Below, in pieces: positions 35,511-47,902 of a stretch of 64,000 bases of DNA (its first letter is position 1; each line of letters opens with the position of its first letter). Source of the stretch: Macrostomum hystrix. Lineage: Eukaryota; Animalia; Platyhelminthes. A program made the position numbers and the translations under genes. The DNA is taken from positions 9,300,001 to 9,364,000 of the forward strand of contig CATNEN010000003.1 in NCBI GenBank assembly GCA_950097015.1. The letters run 5' to 3'. The notes below the pieces were generated by a model, which had not been told where the DNA came from, ran no database searches, and saw only the letters and a program-made list of their open reading frames with translations.

Positions 35511-38500
35511 CCTCCCAAACGCCGTGTCTCTCCGTTCAATCGGCGTCTGATTTTCTACGCCAGCGCCGCGTTGCTGATTTTCGCCGGCCTAACAGTGCTA
35601 GACCTTAGCCAGCTGCCGGCATCGGTTGCTAATGACGCCGATCTGGTTGCTAAGCACGAGAAAGAGTCGCAGGATCTGGGCCCATCTGGTCACATCGCCT
35701 GGCGACTGCAGTCCAATCGACTGTACGAGCACCGGCGTCACGAAGGCTTGCCGGATTTTCGACCGGCTGTTAGCGGCCTTGAACTGCGAATTCAAGACCT
35801 CCTGGCTGTTGAATGGCCTGTCGAAGCTCGAGACAGTTTGGTTCGAGTGAATGACAGCCTGGCTCTGAAGACTGGACTCTATGATGCCTATGCTGCCATG
35901 GTAAATTGTTTCTCGATAGGCCTCTTATTTCGCTTATCCTATAGGGATTTTTCTGGTCATCTTTTATTCCAAGAATTTTATCCCAATCTAATTATTTTTT
36001 CGTTCGATTTTTATCTTAAATTTGGAAACTAGTATCAAACCTTGGATTTTTATCCCAATCTGGGAGTGCATTATGAGAATAATATTTTTATCCCATTCTA
36101 GTTAGTATCACACTGGTATTTTTATCCCAATCCAGGAATGTAGATCAGACTGGGATTTTAATCCCAATCCAGGAATGTAGATCAGACTGGGATTTTAATC
36201 CCAATCCAGGAATGTAGATCAGACTGGGATTTTTATCCCAATCCAGGAATGTAGATCAGACTGGGATTTTTATCCCAATCCAGGAATGTAGATCAAACTG
36301 GGATTTTTATCCCAATCCAGAAATGTAAATCAAACTGGGATTTTTATCCCAATCCAGGAATGTAGATCAGAATGGGATTTTTATCCCAATCCATGAATGT
36401 AGATCAGACTGGGATTTTAATCCCAATCCAGGAATGTAGATCAGACTGGGATTTTTATCCCAATCCAGGAATGTAGATCAGACTGGGATTTTTATCCCAA
36501 TCCAGGAATGTAGATCAGACTGGGATTTTTATCCCAATCCAGGAATGTCGTAGATCTTTATCCTAATCAAGTAATGAAGTATCGGATTGGGAGTTTTATC
36601 CCAATCCAGGAATGTAGATCAGACTGGGATTTTAATCCCAATCCAGGAATGTAGATCAGACTGGGATTTTTATCCCAATCCAGGAATGTAGATCAGACTG
36701 GGATTTTTATCCCAATCCAGGAATGTGATCAGAATGGGATTTTTATCCCAATCCATGAATGTAGATCAGACTGGGATTTTAATCCCAATCCAGGAATGTA
36801 GATCAGACTGGGATTTTTATCCCAATCCAGGAATGTTGATCAGACTGGGATTTTTATCCCAATCCAGGAATGTAGATCAGACTGGGATTTTTATCCCAAT
36901 CCAGGAATGTCGTAGATCTTTATCCTAATCAAGTAATGAAGTATCGGATTGGGAGTTTTATCCCAATCTAGAAGTTTAGCATCAGACTATATTTTAATCC
37001 CAATCTTGGAATGGGGTATCAGATGTGGATTTCCCGATTTCCCACGCAAACGCATTCACCAAAGCAATTCGGCTCCCATTTTTTACTCACCAGTTTTCCC
37101 AACACGCGTCTAATCCCAACGGAGAACACCGCCTGTTGCCTAGCAACAATGCCAGCCGTTTGCTACTTCGCAGTCTGGAGGTTGCCGCGGCTTCGGCACA
37201 CATCTCCAGTGTGTCTGAGTTCTCGGCGGGCAGTCAGCTCAAACTGCTGCTCAGACTTGGCGAAATCAATCAAGGCGCTGTTGTCTTCAAGCCCAGGGTC
37301 TATGATCGGGACAGGGTCATGACTGGCAGCGCTGTGGCTGGCAGGGACAGGTTAAAGATGCTCCACTGACACTTCAGCAGCTGCTCTTACATCCTCCACC
37401 GACACTTCAGCAGCTGCTCTCACATCCTCCGCCAATACTTCAGCAGCAGCTCTCACATCCTCCACCGATACTTCAGCAGCTGCTCTCACATCCTCCACCG
37501 ATACTTCAACAGCAGCTCTCACATCCTCCACCGACACTTCAACAGCAGCTCTCACATCCTCCACCGATACTTCAGCAGCAGCTCTCACATCCTCCACCGA
37601 CACTTCAGCAGCAGCTCTCACATCCTCCACCGATACTTCAGCAGCTGCTCTCACATCCTCCACCGACACTTCAACAGCAGCTCTCACATCCTCCACCGAT
37701 ACTTCAGCAGCAGCTCTCACATCCTCCACCGACACTTCAGCAGCAGCTCTCACATCCTCCACCGACACTTCAGCAGCTGCTCTCACATCCTCCACCGACA
37801 CTTCAACAGCAGCTCTCCCATCCTCCACCGACACTTCAGCAGCTGCTCTCCCATCCTCCACCGACACTTCAGCAGCAGCTCTCACATCCTCCACCGACAC
37901 TTCAACAGCAGCTCTCACATCCTCCACCGACACTTCAGCAGCTGCTCTCACATCCTCCACCGACACTTCAACAGCAGCTCTCACATCCTCCACCGACACT
38001 TCAGCAGCTGCTCTCACATCCTCCACCGACACTTCAGCAGCTGCTCTCACATCCTCCACCGACACTTCAACAGCAGCTCTCACATCCTCCACCGACACTT
38101 CAGCAGCTGCTCTCACATCCTCCACCGACACTTCAGCAGCTGCTCTCACATCCTCCACCGACACTTCAACAGCAGCTCTCACATCCTCCACCGACACTTC
38201 AGCAGCTGCTCTCACATCCTCCACCGACACTTCAGCAGCAGCTCTCACATCCTCCACCAACACTTCAAACAGCTGATTTCCCTTTTTAAAAAATGTTTCC
38301 CTAAACGCTAAAAATTTTTCCCCAGAGACAATGCCGAAGTGATTGGCTACCACTTGGGCCGGCTGCTAGGCTTTCATCGGGGCCCCGTGGCATCGCCTCG
38401 GCTGTTGAATCTGACCTCAGCCTTCGAGTTAGCCAGCCCGAAACTTCGCGCCACCTTCTATCGGCGAAGTCGCGACAACCGGCTCTGCCTCTGGGGTGTC

Positions 38501-41499
38501 TGCCGCTACTGCACTGGCAAGCGGACTGGCGTCTGCTCAGATGCCAACGGAATCTTGGAGGGAGCCGCTGTGCTGTTACTGCCTGCGGAGCGACTCAAAT
38601 TGACCAGGTATTTCGCTGGGTTGTTCTTTGTTTATTTACCCAATCAATCTGTCAGTGGTTTACCATCAATCTGTCAGTTGTTTACATATCAATCTGTTAG
38701 TTGTTTACCTATCAATCTGTCAGTTGTTTACCATCAATCTGTCAGTTGTTAACCCATCAATCTGTCAGTTGTTTACCTGTAAATCTGTCAGTTGTTTACC
38801 CATCAATCTGTCAGTTGTTTACCCAATCAATCTGTCAGTTGTTTACCCAATCAATCTGTCAGTTGTTTACCTATCAATCTGTCTGTTGTTACCCAATCAA
38901 TCTGTCAGTTGTTTACCATCAATCTGTCAGTTGTTTACCCATCAATCTGTCAGTTGCTTACCTATCAATCTGTCAGTTGTTTACCCATCAATCTGTCAGT
39001 TGTTTACCTATCAATCTGTCAGTTGTTTACCCAATCAATCTGTCAGTTGTTTACCTATCAATCTGTCAGTTGTTTACCCATCAATCTGTCAGTTGTTTAC
39101 CTATCAATCTGTCAGTTGTTTACCTATCAATCTGTCAGTTGTTTACCATTAATCTGTCAGTTGTTTACCTATAAATCTGTCAGTTGTTTACCTATCAATC
39201 TGTCAGTTTTTTACCTGTAAATCTGTCAGTTGTTTACCCATCAATCTGTCAGTTGTTCACCCAATCAATCTGTCAGTTGTTTACCCATCAATCTGTCAGT
39301 TGTTTACCCATCAATCTGTCAGTTTTTTACCTGTAAATCTGTCAGTTGTTTACCTATCAATCTGTCAGTTGTTTACCCATCAATCTGTCAGTTGTTTACC
39401 TATAAATCTGTCAGTTGTTTACCTATCAATCTGTCAGTTTTTTACCTGTAAATCTGTCAGTTGTTTACCCATCAATCTGTCAGTTGTTTACCCATCAATC
39501 TGTCAGTGGTTTACCCATCAATCTGTCAGTGGTTTACCTATCAATCTCTCAGTTTTTTACCTGTCAATCTGTCAGTGGTTTACCCATCAATCTGTCAGTT
39601 GTTTACCTATCAATCTGTCAGTTGTTTACCTATCAATCTGTCAGTTGTTTACCCAATCAATCTGTCAGTTGTTTACCTATCAATCTGTCAGTTGTTTACC
39701 CATCAATCTGTCAGTTGTTTACCTATCAATCTGTCAGTTGTTTACCTATCAATCTGTCAGTTGTTTACCATTAATCTGTCAGTTGTTTACCTATAAATCT
39801 GTCAGTTGTTTACCTATCAATCTGTCAGTTTTTTACCTGTAAATCTGTCAGTTGTTTACCCATCAATCTGTCAGTTGTTCACCCAATCAATCTGTCAGTT
39901 GTTTACCCATCAATCTGTCAGTTGTTTACCCATCAATCTGTCAGTTTTTTACCTGTAAATCTGTCAGTTGTTTACCTATCAATCTGTCAGTTGTTTACCC
40001 ATCAATCTGTCAGTTGTTTACCTATAAATCTGTCAGTTGTTTACCTATCAATCTGTCAGTTTTTTACCTGTAAATCTGTCAGTTGTTTACCCATCAATCT
40101 GTCAGTTGTTTACCCATCAATCTGTCAGTGGTTTACCCATCAATCTGTCAGTGGTTTACCCATCAATCTGTCAGTGGTTTACCTATCAATCTCTCAGTTT
40201 TTTACCTGTCAATCTGTCAGTGGTTTACCCATCAATCTGTCAGTGGTTTACCTATCAATCTGTCAGTGGTTTACCCATCAATCTGTCAGTTGTTTTCCTG
40301 CTTTCTGACCAGCGACATAATCCTACGCAGGCACCGCCATCCGTGGGCTAGGAACTACGCCAGCAACGACGCCAAGGCTGCCTGGCAACTGGGTAGCAAC
40401 CCGTGCAACGCTGAACTACTCAAGCGGCTTGGCGCCGGAGTACTTTTAGACCTTATCGACACGGCCGTGTTAGACTTTCTGCTTGGCAACGCTGACAGGC
40501 ACGAGTTTGAGACTGGCATTGGAGCCAGTGGCACTAAACTGGTTGTCACCCTGGACAATGGCAAAGGTTTGGGCAATCCGATGCACGACGAGTTGAGCAT
40601 TCTGGCGCCGTTACAGCAGTGCTGCCGACTCAGGTCTGTCACTAGAAACCGCCTGGAGGCTGTGCAGGTGAGCTTGGATAAAGACTGTTGGTTAAGCTTG
40701 GATGAAGACTGTTGGTTAAGCTTGGATGAAGACTGTTGGTTAAGCTTGGATGAAGACTGTTGGTTAAGCTTGGACAAAGACTTTTGGTTAAGCTTAGATG
40801 AAGACTGTCTGCTAAGCTTGGATAAAGACTGTCGGCTAAGCTTGGATAAAGACTGTCGGCTAAGCTTGGATAAAGACTGTCGGCTAAGCTTGGATAAAGA
40901 CTGTCGGCTAAGCTTAGATGAAGACTGTCTGCTAAGCTTGGATAAAGAGTATTGGTTAAGCTTGGATGAAGACTGTCGGCTAAGCTTGGATAAAGACTGT
41001 CGGCTAAGCTTGGATAAAGACTGTTGGTTAAGCTTTGATTAAGACTGTTGGTTAAGCTTTGATTAAGACTGTTGGTTAAGCTAGGATAAAGACTGTCTGC
41101 TAAGCTTGGATAAAGACTGTCGGCTAAGCTTGGATAAAGACTGTTGGTAAATGCTTGGATAAAGACTGTCGGCTAAGCTTGGATAAAGAGTATTGGTTAA
41201 GCTTGGATGAAGACTGTCGGCTAAGCTTGGATAAAGACTGTCGGCTAAGCTTGGATAAAGACTGTTGGTTAAGCTTCGCTGTCTTCGCCACACAGGGCAT
41301 CCTAGGCGCGGCAGTTCAAGCAGCTCTGGCGAGGTCGGGCGCCTCCGAGATGCCCGCTAGCGGCCCGCTGCTCACAGCCGAGCATTCGGCCGCTCTCGAC
41401 AGGCGACTGGATCGGGTTCTGCGCGAGCTGGAAAAGTGCGACAGGAGGCTGGGAGCTGCCGGCGTGCTGGTGCCTGACGATGCTAGTCTGCGGCTGTAA
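35511..41499 (+). CDS. FAM20B: FAM20B-like glycosaminoglycan xylosylkinase (type II Golgi kinase); start exon not located
   Basis: Exons ~35511-35900 (signal anchor LIFYASAALLIFAGLTVL), 37094-37350 (GSQLKLLL..VVFKP), 38326-38607 (DNAEV..YHL, GVCRYC), 40331-40667 (HRHPW, DLIDTAVLDFLLGNADRH, LDNGKG.GNP..DELSILAPL.QCC), 41296-41499. Splice phases are consistent. Confidence 0.88.
36050..36970. repeat. Intronic minisatellite, 37-nt unit (atcccaatccaggaatgtagatcagactgggattttt)
   Basis: Tandem copies with an internal ATCCCA/TGGGAT inverted motif. Confidence 0.95.
37357..38270. repeat. Intronic minisatellite, 33-nt unit
   Basis: cagcagctgctctcacatcctccaccgacactt; explains ORF 37352..38353. Confidence 0.95.
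38630..40295. repeat. Intronic minisatellite, ~23-nt unit (tcaatctgtcagttgtttaccca)
   Basis: About 70 copies, with a ~622-bp higher-order duplication (ORFs 39230 and 39852 are identical). Confidence 0.95.
40668..41276. repeat. Intronic minisatellite, 24-nt unit (aagcttggataaagactgtcggct)
   Basis: Begins at the splice donor gtgagcttgg. Confidence 0.95.
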
Positions 41500-41900
41500 C
41501 TGCATGCTGTAGAGTGTCTGTAACTGCAGGCTGTAGATTGTCTGTAACTGCAGGCTGTAGAGTGTCTGTAACTGCAGGCTGTAGAGTGTCTGTAACTGCA
41601 TGTTGTAGAGTGTCTGTAACTGCAGGCTGTAGAGTGTCTGTAACTGCAGGCTGTAGAGTGTCTGTAACTGCATGCTGTAGATTGTCTGTAACTGCAGGCT
41701 GTAGAGTGTCTGTAACTGCAGGCTGTAGATTGTCTGTAACTGTATGCTGTAGAGTGTCTGTAACTGCATGTTGTAGAGTGTCTGTAACTGCAGGCTGTAG
41801 AGTGTCTGTAACTGCAGGCTGTAGAGTGTCTGTAACTGTATGCTGTAGATTGTCTGTAACTGCAGGCTGTAGAGTGTCTGTAACTGTATGCTGTAGAGTG
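41495..41900. repeat. 3'UTR minisatellite, 24-nt unit (tgtaactgcaggctgtagagtgtc)
   Basis: The first unit overlaps the FAM20B stop codon. Confidence 0.95.
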
Positions 41901-42179
41901 CCTGAAAATGATAATTTGATTTCATTGCATTTTTGCTTGCTACATGTTCCTTATGTTGCATATGTCTTATGAGCTATATGACCTGCTTTTATAATGCCGC
42001 GAAGCTTTCAAATATTGTAAAATACAGCACACTTAATAGTGTTGAAAATTGACTGTTCGATTGCCTTTAAGCTAAAAAAATATCGTAAAACTATATTCTT
42101 GTCTTGCGAATCCTTTTTATGTCCTCATTTTAACCTCACTCGCGGTTGATTCGCTATCATTCAATATCAGCAGGCATAG

Positions 42180-42610
42180 TACACAATTCTCCCATATTCT
42201 ATGGCCAGTACATAATTATCCCATATCCTATGGCCAGTACATAATTCTCCCATATTCTATGGCCAGTACATAATTCTCCCATATCCTATGGCCAGTACAT
42301 AATTCTCCCATATCCTATGGCTTGTACACAATTCTCCCATATCCTATGGCTTGTACACAATTCTCCCATATTCTATGGCCAGTACATAATTCTCCCATAT
42401 TCTATGGCCAGTACATAATTCTCCCATATCCTATGGCCAGTACATAATTCTCCCATATCCTATGGCTTGTACACAATTCTCCCATATTCTATGGCCAGTA
42501 CATAATTCTCCCATATTCTATGGCCAGTACATAATTCTCCCATATCCTATGGCTTGTACACAATTCTCCCATATTCTATGGCTAGATGACAATTCTCCCA
42601 GATCTTATGG
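42180..42610. repeat. Minisatellite, 29-nt unit (aattctcccatattctatggccagtacat)
   Basis: Tandem copies. Confidence 0.92.
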
Positions 42611-44704
42611 CTAAACGGCTATCCTCCCAGATCCCCTATGTTAGTTTGCTCCCCTCTCAAGCGGATATTGGAATGGCCTGCCCAGCCCAGACTGGTACTG
42701 TCAGGTCTCAATCGTGAGGTGAATTGCTCGGCAACACTGCATGTGATTAGGTTTAATTAAGCTTGGGAACTGCAAAGAGACTAACCAACTATCTCGTGAG
42801 CCCTCATAAATGTTAATCTTGAATTTGGCGGAAGTAAGTGCCGTGTTCAAGTCTATTTAGTATACTCTAGTGGTGTATATGGCAACAAGATAACAAATCA
42901 TAAGTGCCCCGTTACCTGTATGCAATTTTCGCTGTCAAACGTGACCTTCCAACTGTACAATTGTCTGTATCGGATGAGAAATTAACCACTGGCAGATCAT
43001 TGAAAACCCAGTCAAGCATTTTTTAGATTAGTCCCGCCCACTTTCCCTATAAGCTTAGTTGAAGAGCTCCTTAGAAGGGATAATTAATTAAACTAGGTTA
43101 AGCCCTTGGCTGTCCCACTGTGAAAATACCTCCTAAATTCATTACCACTGTGGACTCAACCCAGCTCAAATTCATTGTACTCAAAGCCCTATTCTTGACC
43201 GTTTCAATGATTAATTGTTTTTTAATCCCATTTTTGCAGGAGGCAGTTTATAAATCCTATAGTCTTAAAGGTGGGAATGCAAATGTCACCTGTCACTTGA
43301 GTATAATGGTGGGATTATAGAAGATCAGAAAATTCCTAAATTGAGAACTTTGACCTGAACTGCAGTTCTGCTAAGCTTATTGTGTCAATCAACCAGTCAA
43401 TTTGACAATTCTACAAGGGGAGTCAGGGGTGTGTTAACACATTGCTTTCTTCATTTTGTCTCCCTTAGATGGACAATGTGAGGCGTTTAATATTATTGCA
43501 TTTGATACCATGGTGAATTGAGGTGTCATTTATGATTACACCAACACGTCATCACTGGACAAGTTCAAAGGCTGTTTCTAAATAGATGCCGATTGACAGG
43601 CTTTAGATGTTGCCGACAATATGATAGATAAGATTTACAGGTTTGTTTACAATTAATACGGATGACACCGACAAAGGGAAGCACAATCATGCCAAGCTGT
43701 TTAGGCCTAGTGAAATCTCGGGTTGAACAGAACAATCAGATGTCTCACCTAGATTGCCACTGTGTGTTTTACGGTGGACACAGGAGAACACAGTAAAACT
43801 AAAATTTAGCTTTGAGCTCAATGCAATATTGCGTCATTGTACGTGAGAACACATGGTCAATGCGAGTTTTTTTTCAGTTGAGACATCACCACAGCTCAGC
43901 TAAGATCTGATATTAACATGAGAGTTATTCCGATATAGATTCGACGCCAGAGGCATTTAATGAATTGACTCAATGTGAAAATCTGTGAGATTATCTTACC
44001 CTTCTTCTGTGACAGACGGATCAAATTTAAATTCGATAGAAGATCAGGTTTTGTCCTCAAACAAGCTCAAATATTTGCTCTGAATTGAATGCACACACAC
44101 ACACACACAATCATCAGGTGAATTGCATCGGTGTGTGTGCAGTATGAAATGAGATGTTTGTTTTTTTGGAATTCAATCTGCAGGACTATCAATTTTGTAT
44201 ACCTGGCAATTTCCTTTTTTCCAAGTCTATTGGAGTATTTTACTGGTCATTTTTTAGCAGACTGGCGATGCGGAAAATCTCTTTTGCTTACTTGATCATT
44301 TGATTATGGGATTCAAATGGGATAACTATATATATACACACTCCCTATTAAGGGATTTCGGTCCATTGCATCATGAAACCAATTTTTTGAAATCTAAACA
44401 CAATGCAGAAACGCGTAACTTATTTATCACTCAATGGCTACAAGACAAAAAATGTCGATTTTGGCACATTTGTCTGACTGCCTGTCTGTCTATCGATCAA
44501 TTATATAATTAATGCACGCACAATGGACACAGCTGATGTCAGGTGTTACAAAACAAATTGCCAAGTTGGTTTAGAAGAAAAATATATATTATGATACTGA
44601 GATCATTGTGAGTGGCCACTTTCACAGTCCACAGACTGAAACAACCTTTGGAGACTCCGCGCAATAGCTGCAGCTGAGCCGCTGGCTGTACATCTGGCCC
44701 CAGC

Positions 44705-45210
44705 CCTCTTCTTAACCTCTTCCTCCTCTCACCCTCTTCCTCTTACCCTCTTCCTCCCACCCTCTTCCTTTTACCCTCTTCCTCTCACCCTCTTCCTCTC
44801 ACCCTCTTCCTTTTACCCTCTTCCTCTCACCTTCTTCCTCTCACCCTCTTCCTTTTACCCTCTTCCTCTCACCCTCTTCCTCTCACCCTCTTCCTCTCAC
44901 CCTCTTCCTCTCACCCTCTTCCTCTCACCCTCTTCCTCTCACCCTCTTCCTCTCAACCTCTTCCTTTCACCCTCTTCTTTTTACCCTCTTCCTCTCACCC
45001 TCTTCCTCTCACCCTCTTCCTCTCACCCTCTTCCTTTTACCCTCTTCCTCTCACCCTCTTCCTTTTACCCTCTTCCTCTCACCCTTTTCCTCTCACCCTC
45101 TTCCTCTCACCCTCTTCCCCTCTCAACCTCTTCCTCTCAACCTCTTCCTCTCACCCTCTTCCTCTCACCCTCTTCCCCTCTCAACCTCTTCCTCTTACCC
45201 TCTACCTCTT
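44705..45210. repeat. Polypyrimidine minisatellite, 14-nt unit (cctcttcctctcac)
   Basis: Tandem copies. Confidence 0.92.
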
Positions 45211-45849
45211 CTTACAATCTCCCTCCTCTCACACTCTCCGTCCACTCACTCTCTCCCTACTCTCACCTTCTACCTCCTCTCACCTATCTCTGTAAGTGTA
45301 ATTTCTGTTCTATTCTCCATTCCATGATGGTCAATGGACATGCATGGCAACCACTTGGTCAGCCAAAAATTAGATTTCTATCGAGTCACAACTGATGAAG
45401 TGTGGGATAATTCCAAACCGTAATTATATGAAAAATGAGGATAATATTGCACGTATTTATTTAAACCCATTTCGGCTGCCCAGTGAGTTAACTATACCAG
45501 CATACCAATTACACCTGAATAGATAAAGAGAGAATTACTTTAACCGTGAACTTGCTGTCTCCATGAGGTGTTAAAAAGCATTGTACTGTTCTTGTTAGTT
45601 GATCCTATATATGCATGTTAAATTAACTAGCTCATTAGAAATGATTCGCGCAGGGTATTGTGACACTTCACAGCAAAATATTAATTATAGTTGCCATTGT
45701 CATCAAACACTGCCAACCTAGTGACCAATTATTATAACTGACCAACTATGCGATTTGACTAATATTGTGACCAGTTGAACAGGGATATGAATGAGCAGTT
45801 AAATTCATGCACATCACATCTCCCAAATTCTATCTCCCATTCTCTCTGT

Positions 45850-47385
45850 TCTCCCAGTCTCTCCCTACTCTCACTCTCTCCCTACTCTCACTCTCTCCCT
45901 ACTCTCACTCTCTCCCTACTCTCACTCTCTCCCTACTCTCCCTCTCTCCCTACTCTCACTCTCTCCCTACTCTCACTCTCTCCCTACTCTCACTCTCTCC
46001 CTACTCTCACTCTCTCCCTACTCTCCCTCTCTCATTTCTCTCATTCTCTCCCTTCTCTCACTCTCTCCCTACTCTCACTCTCTCCCTTCTCTCACTCTCT
46101 CCCTTCTCTCACTCTCTCCCTTCTCTCACTCTCTCCCTGCTCTCACTCTCTCCCTACTCTCCCTCTCTCCCTGCTCTCCCTTCTCTCACTCTCTCCCTAC
46201 TCTCACTCTCTCCCTTCTCTCACTCTCTCCCTTCTCTCACTCTCTCCCTTCTCTCACTCTCTCCCTTCTCTCACTCTCTCCCTTCTCTCACTCTCTCCCT
46301 GCTCTCACTCTCTCCCTACTCTCATTCTCTCTCACTACTCGCACTCTCTCCCTACTCTCCCTCTCTCCCTTCTCTCACTCTCTCCCTGCTCTCACTCTCT
46401 CCCTACTCTCATTCTCTCTCACTACTCGCACTCTCTCCCTACTCTCCCTCTCTCCCTGCTCTCACTCTCTCTCCTCTCACTCTCTCCCTACTCTCATTCT
46501 CTCTCACTACTCGCACTCTCTCCCTACTCTCCCTCTCTCCCTACTCTCACTCTCTCCCTACTCTCACTCTCTCCCTTCTCTCACTCTCTCCCTGCTCTCA
46601 CTCTCTCTCCTCTCACCCTCTCCTTACTCTCACTCTTTCCCTACTCTCAATCTCTCCCTACTCTCACTCTCTCCCTACTCTCACTCTCTCCCTTCTCTCA
46701 CTCTCTCCCTACTCTCACTCTCTCCCTACTCTCACTCTCTCCCTACTCTCACTCTCTCCCTACTCTCACTCTCTCCCTACTCTCACTCTCTCCCTACTCT
46801 CACTCTCTCTCCCTACTCTCACTCTCTCCCTACTCTCCCTCTCTCATTTCTCTCATTCTCTCCCTTCTCTCACTCTCTCCCTACTCTCACTCTCTCCCTT
46901 CTCTCACTCTCTCCCTACTCTCACTCTCTCCCTTCTCTCACTCTCTCCCTGCTCTCACTCTCTCCCTACTCTCCCTCTCTCCCTGCTCTCCCTTCTCTCA
47001 CTCTCTCCCTACTCTCACTCTCTCCCTACTCTCACTCTCTCCCTTCTCTCACTCTCTCCCTTCTCTCACTCTCTCCCTTCTCTCACTCTCTCCCTTCTCT
47101 CACTCTCTCCCTGCTCTCACTCTCTCCCTACTCTCATTCTCTCTCACTACTCGCACTCTCTCCCTACTCTCCCTCTCTCCCTTCTCTCACTCTCTCCCTG
47201 CTCGCACTCTCTCCCTACTCTCCCTCTCTCCCTACTCTCACTCTCTCCCTACTCTCCCTCTCTCCCTTCTCTCACTCTCTCCCTGCTCTCACTCTCTCCC
47301 TTCTCTCACTCTCTCCCTGCTCTCACTCTCTCTCCTCTCACCCTCTCCTTACTCTCACTCTTTCCCTACTCTCAATCTCTCCCTC
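45850..47385. repeat. Polypyrimidine minisatellite, 18-nt unit (ctctccctactctcactc)
   Basis: About 1.5 kb; explains ORFs 45775/45807. Confidence 0.95.
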
Positions 47386-47589
47386 GAATCTCATCATAAA
47401 CCATTTTTTTACTGTCTACTCTGCAAGCCCCTTACAAGAAAAAATCTTCCCTAGTCACAATGTCTGAGCTTTTAATTAGTACCAAGCGAATAAGATGAAG
47501 AGGATTGCTAAAGTAGTTACCGCCATTCTTACCTGCTCACCCGACCGTGTCTCGGGTGTCCCGTAACTGAACCGGTAATTTTCTAGAAC

Positions 47590-47700
47590 ACCTCCGCCCA
47601 TAATCTCGGCAGAGCTTTGTGGGCCACGCAGCCAATAGGAATCAAGCCGACAACAGAGATAAGGTGGGGGGCCAACCAGTTTAGCCAGCCAATGAGCGAT
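47590..47700 (+). promoter_or_regulatory. Candidate RhoGAP promoter: GC box and two CCAAT boxes
   Basis: ccgccc at 47594-47599; CCAAT at 47632 (agCCAATag) and 47689 (agCCAATga); 200-300 bp upstream of the ATG at 47903. Confidence 0.45.
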
Positions 47701-47902
47701 CAGCTGCACACTTCCTGTCTATACTTATATGAGCCTATTCACGGAGGCAGACAAGTAGGACAGAAATTACTACAAAGACCTTTGCATAGTCGACATAGCA
47801 AAGATTGCCAGACAAAACATTTTCCCCCAGACAGACAGACAAACAGCGTAAAGTCCCAGCCATAAATTAAAGAAATTACACTGGTAATATTAGTCATAAA
47901 AT

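Noticed and set aside
34118-35550. Long 'LRR-like' ORFs (437-439 aa)
   Set aside because: Translations of stop-free 51/45-nt minisatellites that are open on both strands.
37352-38353. 333-aa EDVRAAAEVSV repeat protein
   Set aside because: Antisense reading of the 33-nt intronic array within FAM20B.
34105-41900. CRISPR-like arrays
   Set aside because: Units are head-to-tail without unique spacers, there are no cas genes, and the context is eukaryotic introns.
42620-44700. Hidden gene or enhancer cluster
   Set aside because: No convincing ORF or exon chain; short TF-like motifs are not distinguishable from chance.
45775-47454. 530-559 aa Ser/Leu ORFs
   Set aside because: CT minisatellite that cannot encode stop codons on this strand.
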